Source: Ignavibacteriota bacterium
GTDB taxonomy: Bacteria; Bacteroidota; Ignavibacteria; UBA10030; UBA6906
DNA: 64,000 bases
NCBI GenBank assembly: GCA_963801355.1
Contig: CAWDEM010000008.1
Coordinates: 256,001 to 320,000 of the forward strand
Reading direction: 5' to 3'
Shown: positions 57,958-64,000 of the stretch, piece by piece
Layout of the letters: every line of letters begins with the position of its first letter
Numbering within the stretch: position 1 is the stretch's first letter
Notes under the pieces: generated by a model
Seen by the model: the letters and a program-made list of their open reading frames with translations, nothing else
What the model was told of the DNA's origin: nothing
Database searches by the model: none
Position numbers and translations under genes: made by a program

Positions 57958-60808
57958 ATGACCATGAAACGACGCCTCCGCGCTGCGCCGCACGATCGAC
58001 TCATCTCGTTCTGCGTCCTTGCCTGCTTCATGGTTCTCATCGCCAGTCTCGGTGCAGGCGGCCACAGGACGCATCGCCGGGAAAGTGATCGACGCGAAAA
58101 CCGGTGAGGCCATGGTCGGAGCCCATGTGATGCTGGAGGGGACCGCTATCGGCGCGTCGACAGACATCGACGGGAAGTACACCATTCCCGGGGTGGCGCC
58201 GGGCTCTCATACGGTGGCCGTCTCGTATCTCGGGTACAAGAAAATTCCGTGCCGGTCCAGGTTACCCCCGACTCCACACTGCGACTCGACATCCGGCTCC
58301 AGCTCGACGTGGTACAATTCGACGAAGTCACGGTCACGGCACAGCTTGAGGGGCAGGTGCAGGCAATTAACCAGCAGTTGACGTCCAACACCATCGTGAA
58401 CGTCGTCTCCGGGACCGGATCAAGGAGTTGCCCGATCAAAACGCCGCCGAATCGATCGCGCGGCTCCCCGGGATCTCGATTCAACGGGATGCAGGTGAAG
58501 GGCAGAAGGTCGTCGTGCGTGGACTCTCTCCGAAGTTCAATTCCATCACGCTCAACGGCGTGCGGATTCCGTCCACCGATGCGGCCGACCGCTCGGTTGA
58601 CCTCAGCATGATTTCCTCAGATATGCTCTCCGGCATCGAGGTGTTCAAGGCTCTGACACCGGACAAGGATGGAGATGCCGTCGGCGGTTCGGTCAACCTC
58701 GTGTTGAAGCGCGCACCAACGGGTCTCAGGGGAGATTTTCGCGGGCAGACCGGTTATAATCATCAACGCAAGGAGTACGGCCAGTACAGAGGCGGACTCA
58801 GTCTCAGCGACCGGTTTTTCGAAGACCAGCTGGGCGTGCTCGTGACGGCGAGCCTGCAACGCGCGAACCGGGGTTCCGACCGTCTGTCCGCGGACTACGT
58901 GTTCAAACGAGAAGCGGCGGGAGCGGAAACGCGCAGCATCATTCAGATCGAAAACCTGAACCTGGCGTACCGCTCGGAGATCCGGGACCGGTACGGAGCC
59001 GGAGCGACGCTCGACTACACCGTGGGCAACACCGATCTGTTCCTCAGTTCCTTTCTCAGCAAGACCGACCGGGATCAGGTGACGCGCCGGAAGCGCTACC
59101 AGGTGGGGTCCTTCTGGACCGAGTATGACCTGACCGACCGGCAGCAAAGCACACGGCTTTTCACCACCTCCCTGAGAGGGGAGCACAAGTTCGATTTTGC
59201 GGACATCGACTGGCAGGCGGCCTATTCGAACAGCTTGCAGGATGTGCCGTATTCCCACTACGGCAGATTCCGCGAAGTCGGCGCCTACAATGACGGGCTG
59301 ATTGACGACCAGGGGCCGCAGGTGATCCCCCAGTTCGCCAGGAATGACCTGGCCTCGACCTGGTTTCTGTATGCGACGTTCAATCCGCAGAGAGTCGTCG
59401 ACCAGGAGCGGGACATCCAACTCAACACCACGATCCCGTTCCGTTTCGGTGAAGACATTGCAGGGACGGTGAAGGTGGGCGGAAAATACCGGGGGAAAGA
59501 CCGGACCCGCAATGTCACGGAATTCATGACCCCCTTCGCGGAGATTGACCGTATAGGTCAGGCGAACCCCGATAAATTCACCCTGTACCGGGCAAAGAAC
59601 GTCCTGATCGAGAACTTCGCCGATCCGAATTTTCATGCCGACAATTTCATGGGCGATCAGTATGAGATGCCCTTCGGGCTTGACCGGGATCGGCTGGAAC
59701 AGCTTCTATGCCAACGTACATGAGCCACTATGGACTCAACCGGTACGTCGAGCTCGATGACTACGATGCCGGAGAAAAGGTCTCCGCCGGATATCTGATG
59801 AGGGACAAACATCGGGGAGCAGCTGACCATCCTTCCGGGCCTCCGTGTTGAACACACCGCGACGTCGTACAGGGGGAAATTCGGATTCCTGCAGGGGAAT
59901 CTCGGAGAAGTCGGCGCCATACGTGATACGACGGGCGGCCGGTCTTACGATGAAGTGCTCCCCATGATGCATCTTCGCTACCGGTTCACACCCTGGTTCG
60001 ACGTGCGACTTGCCTACACCCGGAGCCTGTCCCGTCCGGACTATTTCAACCTCGTGCCGTACGAGCGGATCGTCTTTGCCGAGCAGACGATTGCACGCGG
60101 CAACCCGAACCTGAGGCAGACGAAGGCAACGAATTACGATGTGTATGTCTCCTTCTACAGCAACGACCTGGGTCTGCTCACGCTGGGCGGATACTACAAG
60201 AAGCTCCGGGATATCGACTATATCAGGCAGACGCGGATCCAGGGTGGACAGTTCAACGCGTACGAGTTGACGGAACCGGTGAACGGCGACGAATCGAACG
60301 TGTGGGGAATCGAGGTCGAGGTGCAGACCAACCTCCGCAATCTCCCCAGCCCGTTCGACGGATTCGTCATCAACGCCAACTACTCCTACATACACTCCGA
60401 AACATTCTTTCCATACTTCGAAATCGGACCGCGAAGTCCGACCCGCCGTATACGCCCGTCATCATCAACACGTTCCGGAAAGGAACTCTGCCCGGTCAGG
60501 CGGAGCACATCGGGAATGTCTCTCTGGGATATGAAAAAGGAGGATTCTCCGGACGCATCTCCATGACCTATCAGGGGAAAGCTCTTCAACTGGTGGGTGC
60601 ACGGAGTGAGCTGGATGGCTACACGGAGGCGTTGGTGCGCTGGGATGCGACACTCTCACACAAGATCTCGTCTCTGTTCAGCGTGTTCTTGGATATCAAC
60701 AACATCACGAACCAGCCGGACCAGGCATTCATCGGTGAAGCGATCTACGCGACGAACCAGGAGTACTTCGGATGGACTGCCGACCTCGGTGTGCGGGTGA
60801 CATTCTAA
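57958..60808 (+). CDS. TonB-dependent receptor (non-SusC type, carboxypeptidase-regulatory N-domain); at least 6 frameshifts
   Basis: Pieces in different frames: 'GRIAGKVIDAKTGE..VGA.V', 'LPDQNAAESIARLPGIS..RDAGEG..VVVRG', 'IEVFKALTPD.DGDAVGG.VNL', 'SRPDY', 'GNPNL', 'NNITN', terminal 'VRVTF'. Breaks near 58050, 58245, 58410, 59700-59805 and 60440. Confidence 0.88.
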
Positions 60809-60875
60809 GCAGGCTCTCAGGGCAATTGGCAGCTTCACTGTTCCATTACGTTCACCAACCATGGAGGATTGCACT

Positions 60876-62416
60876 ATGAAACAACGGTTCACTCTTGGGC
60901 GGGGGGGATTGGTTCTGTGCGTGGCGTTTCTCGTCGTCGTCATGGCGTGCGGAACAGCACGGGCCCAACGGACCGTGAACATCCCCCCGGGTTTCGGAAC
61001 ACTCAACAGCACGATCATGGGGGACACACTGGCCACCGGAGCCCGCGTTGACAGCAGTACGGTGTACCGCCTAGTCCGGGGCGGTCTCTACATTCTGAAC
61101 GGCACGATGGATCACCGCTATCCGGTTACCTCGAGGCGGCACCGGGTGCCGGCGCCAAGCCGAAAATCATCCAGGGCGTTCCTTCGGGCGGCACCGCGCC
61201 GACCGAGGCATGGGCAGCCCGCGCTACCTGAGCATGAAGAACATCTACATGACCGCCCTCGATGAACTCGGAGGAGGGCACGAGAGGGTCATCCGCATCC
61301 GTGAGAACAACATCCGTCTCGTCCTGGACTCGTGCATTCTGGATCAGGCGACCCAGGCGGGTTTCAGGTTTGACGCGACGGGCGCGAGGGTGTTCTTCTA
61401 CAACTCGATCATCAGCAATATCGGCACCGCTGACAGTCCGAACAACGGACGTGGTTTCGATGACCGCGGCAACGACATCGACACCCTGTGGATGGAGAAC
61501 AGCACCTTCTACAACCTGACCAGCCGCGTCATCCGCGATGCCGGCGGCATAACAAAATCCTGCAAGATGAACCATTGCACCATGTACAACATCGGTCAGT
61601 GGGGTGTGACGTTCGGACCGTGCGTTGAGGCGATCTACACGAACAACCTCGCCGTCAACGGCGGGTACTACGGCGCGAACCCGCGCGGGATTGACCTCAC
61701 GGGCGGTGAACAGCAGATCCAGGTTCGGCTGTCTGTTCTGCCGCCTGCAAGCGGCACGCAGACGGCGCAGATCACCAACAACGGTTTCTACCTGGATTCA
61801 CTTGTGATCAAGGCCTTTCCCGATACGATCAAACCGGAAGTGTATTTTGACTCGTTATGGACGGCGTATATGACCACCCAGGGGACAGGCGCGACAGTCT
61901 ACACCGAAAAGATCACCTTCCAGCATGCCCCTGAGGCACCCGCCAATGTTGTGACGGATTGGTATGCGAATCCTGCACCACCGAATCCGGGGCTTGACAC
62001 CGTTGGTGTTTTCGACTTCAGGTACGCCAACACCCACCTTGCGTACACGCGGGGGGCTGATGGCAAGCCGCTGGGCGACCTCACGTGGCAGGGGATCCCC
62101 CTCACGGGAGTCGAAGATCTCGGGACACCAATCCCGGCCGCCTTCCAACTCTATGAGAACTATCCCAACCCCTTCAATCCGGAGACCAACATCAGGTTTG
62201 ATCTCCAGGGAGGGCGGCAATGTCGTTCTGGAGGTCTTCAATGCACTCGGCCAGAAAGTGGCGACGCTCCTCAACGAGACAATCCCGGCAGGCAGCTACA
62301 ACGTCCGTTGGAACGCCACGAGCGATGACGGCAGCCGTGTGTCCAGCGGCGTCTACCTCTATCGCCTCTCCGCAAACGGTTTTGTGGACGTGAAGAAGAT
62401 GGCCTTCGTGAGGTGA
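60876..62416 (+). CDS. Secreted beta-helix protein with T9SS/FlgD-Ig C-terminal domain; frameshifts at ~61130, ~61215 and ~62210
   Basis: 'GTLN..I.GDT...G.R.....VY.L.RGG.Y', 'NGRGFDDR', 'IDTLWMENSTFYN', 'NHCT.YN', 'DF.Y.......T....G.PLGDL.W', 'LYENYPNPFNPET', 'SSGVYLYRL...KKM'. Confidence 0.8.
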
Positions 62417-62507
62417 GGCAACGCAGGCAGTTCGCAATGAACAGGTGGCAGGCGGATAGTCGAACCGTTGGCTGTTCCGCCTGCTACTTGCTGCCTGCAA
62501 TTGCCTC
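62415..62507 (+). other. Long intergenic stem-loop (about 93 nt)
   Basis: GAGGCAA/TTGCCTC, GCAGGCAG/CTGCCTGC, CAGGTGGCAGGCGGA/TCCGCCTGCTACTTG and TAGTCGA/TTGGCTG pair in nested order. Confidence 0.65.
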
Positions 62508-62695
62508 CTGAAGCTGCCGAGTCCACAGAGCACGGGGGCCGGGTCCAACACCCTTTCAGTGTTCTCCCCGGGTGAATCGGAATTGAACACTGGACCTGAT
62601 CTCTGCATCAGTAGTCCCAACGACAGAACGAATGGACTTTCACCGATGACCATGCCACGCCGGTACACGCAATCCTGGAAGCAGGTGTTTGCCGC

Positions 62696-64000
62696 ATGAA
62701 TTTCGGGACGATTGACTGGGTGCTGACGATAGTGTATCTCGTCGGGACCGTGACGGTCGGCATCTGGGCCAAGCGATATGTCGAGAACCTGGCCGGCTAC
62801 ATGGTTGCCGGCAGGAGAGTGAGAACATCGCTGGGCATCGCTACCTTCGTGGCCACTGAGCTGGGGACTGTCACGTTCGTGTACTACGGAGAGCTCGGGT
62901 ATGTGGCTGGCTTCTCGGGTTTTATTATCGGCATCATGGCGATGATCGCCTACATGCTTATTGGACGCAGCGGCTTCGTCATCGAAAAGCTGCGCCGTCT
63001 CCGCGTCATGACCATCCCCGAGTTCTACGAACTTCGCTACTCGCGTAATGTTCGCCTCATCGGAGGAGTTATCCTCTTCCTGGGTGGTGTGCTGAACATG
63101 GGGATATTCCTGAAGTTTGACGGCATCTTCCTCTCTGAAGTCATGGGGTTCGGGTCCGGGGCACTGGCCATCATCATGACAGTGATGATCGTCGTCGTCA
63201 TCGCCTACACGATTCTTGGTGGGATGTTCTCCATTGTGGTCACGGATTTTGTACAATTCGTGATCCTTACGTTCGGGATGCTCGTCGCGACCATCGCGGT
63301 ATTGGTAAACGTCGACCTGACGAGCATGAGTGCCGCCGTGGCGAACACGCTGGGGAGCGCAGGGGTTGACCCATTCACGAACCCGCGCTTCGGCTGGAAT
63401 TTTGTCATCTGGATTTTCGTCGCAAGCTCTGCGGCCGGTGCGTTGTGGCAACCCGGGACTTCAAAGGCGCTTTCCTCCGAGAGTCCGGCTGTAGCGAAGA
63501 AGATGTTCTTCTGGACCGGATTGACGTTTGCCGGGCGGGCTATGATCCCGATGTTCTGGGGTATCGCGGCCCTTGCGTATTTTGGCGCGGGTCTGCCGAG
63601 TGCGGCAGCGATGCCAAAGCTGTTGGGCGCGATTGTGCCCCCCGGCTTTCTCGGGCTGCTCGTTGCCGGAATGCTCGCCGCATCGATGTCCACCTACAGT
63701 GCCTACCTGCTCGCCTGGAGCTCTGTGCTCGCCCGCGATGTGATTGCCTGCGCCAGGCCGAAGGACTTCCCTGAGAAGACGACCGTCACGATCACACGTG
63801 TCGTTGCTGGCGTGATCGGTGTGTTCCTTCTCGTGTTCGGTCTCTGGTATCAAATTCCGGACACGGCATTCCAATACCTGTATGTGACGGGTGCCATGTA
63901 CACGTCCGGTGCAATGGGGTGTGTCGTGGCGGGGATGTACTGGCCCCGGGCGAACAAAGTGGGCGCATATGCATCGCTCGTTATGGGCGCTCTTGCACCG
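62696..64000 (+). CDS. Sodium:solute symporter family protein (3' end beyond the window)
   Basis: 'DW.....YL', 'YMVAGR', 'ATELG', 'TIPEFYE.RY', 'YTILGGM.S...TD..QF', 'GLLVAGMLAASMST'; frame open to the window end. Confidence 0.9.
   Translation, partial: MNFGTIDWVLTIVYLVGTVTVGIWAKRYVENLAGYMVAGRRVRTSLGIATFVATELGTVTFVYYGELGYVAGFSGFIIGIMAMIAYMLIGRSGFVIEKLRRLRVMTIPEFYELRYSRNVRLIGGVILFLGGVLNMGIFLKFDGIFLSEVMGFGSGALAIIMTVMIVVVIAYTILGGMFSIVVTDFVQFVILTFGMLVATIAVLVNVDLTSMSAAVANTLGSAGVDPFTNPRFGWNFVIWIFVASSAAGALWQPGTSKALSSESPAVAKKMFFWTGLTFAGRAMIPMFWGIAALAYFGAGLPSAAAMPKLLGAIVPPGFLGLLVAGMLAASMSTYSAYLLAWSSVLARDVIACARPKDFPEKTTVTITRVVAGVIGVFLLVFGLWYQIPDTAFQYLYVTGAMYTSGAMGCVVAGMYWPRANKVGAYASLVMGALAP

Noticed and set aside
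57958-62416. Programmed frameshifting or phase variation in the receptor and T9SS protein genes
   Set aside because: Too many breaks, in both directions, at short or non-repetitive sites and without slippery heptamers or long SSRs; sequencing error is simpler.
62415-62507. SRP RNA or other known ncRNA
   Set aside because: It lacks the SRP GNRA loop and conserved internal-loop motif and matches no family I recognise; kept only as an unexplained hairpin.

Overview
A 64-kb, moderately GC-rich bacterial chromosome segment. The C-terminal 'Y.N.PNPFN...WxG....SGVYFY.L' (T9SS/FlgD-Ig) tails, upxY, wzi and a C25 peptidase point to an Ignavibacteria-like member of the Bacteroidota/Chlorobiota supergroup (inference). 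Left to right: a beta-propeller/Y_Y_Y histidine kinase (cut by the window edge), OmpA, patatin, a two-module glycoside hydrolase, a upxY-capD-wzi mini-operon, tRNA-Leu(GAG), a small secreted protein ending TWGSIKAMFR, maf, csp, a family-B DNA polymerase, slipin/nfeD, an orphan kaiC, several secreted proteins and tRNA-Ser(GGA). Next comes a 14-kb glycan operon (wzx, two GT-C-like membrane paralogues, GT2, GT4, GT9, GT26) ending in a ~1,825-aa gingipain/PorU-like C25 peptidase. It is followed by a stand-alone IS481-type HTH gene, GH97, an unknown secreted GH-like protein, DUF4870, a D-cysteine desulfhydrase-like enzyme and a SusD-less, probably uronate/pectin utilisation locus (MFS, two unknown secreted proteins, GH28, GntR-LacI regulator, TonB receptor, T9SS beta-helix protein, sodium:solute symporter). 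Many single-base frameshifts (about 1.7 kb and 49-62 kb) look like long-read assembly errors. I saw no CRISPR array, rRNA, integrase or complete transposase. Best candidates for new biology: the glycan operon coupled to a putative T9SS sortase, the apparently domesticated transposase HTH with an RBS-occluding hairpin, the SusD-less locus with two uncharacterised enzymes, and the orphan KaiC. All calls come from motif reading by eye; no database searches were run.
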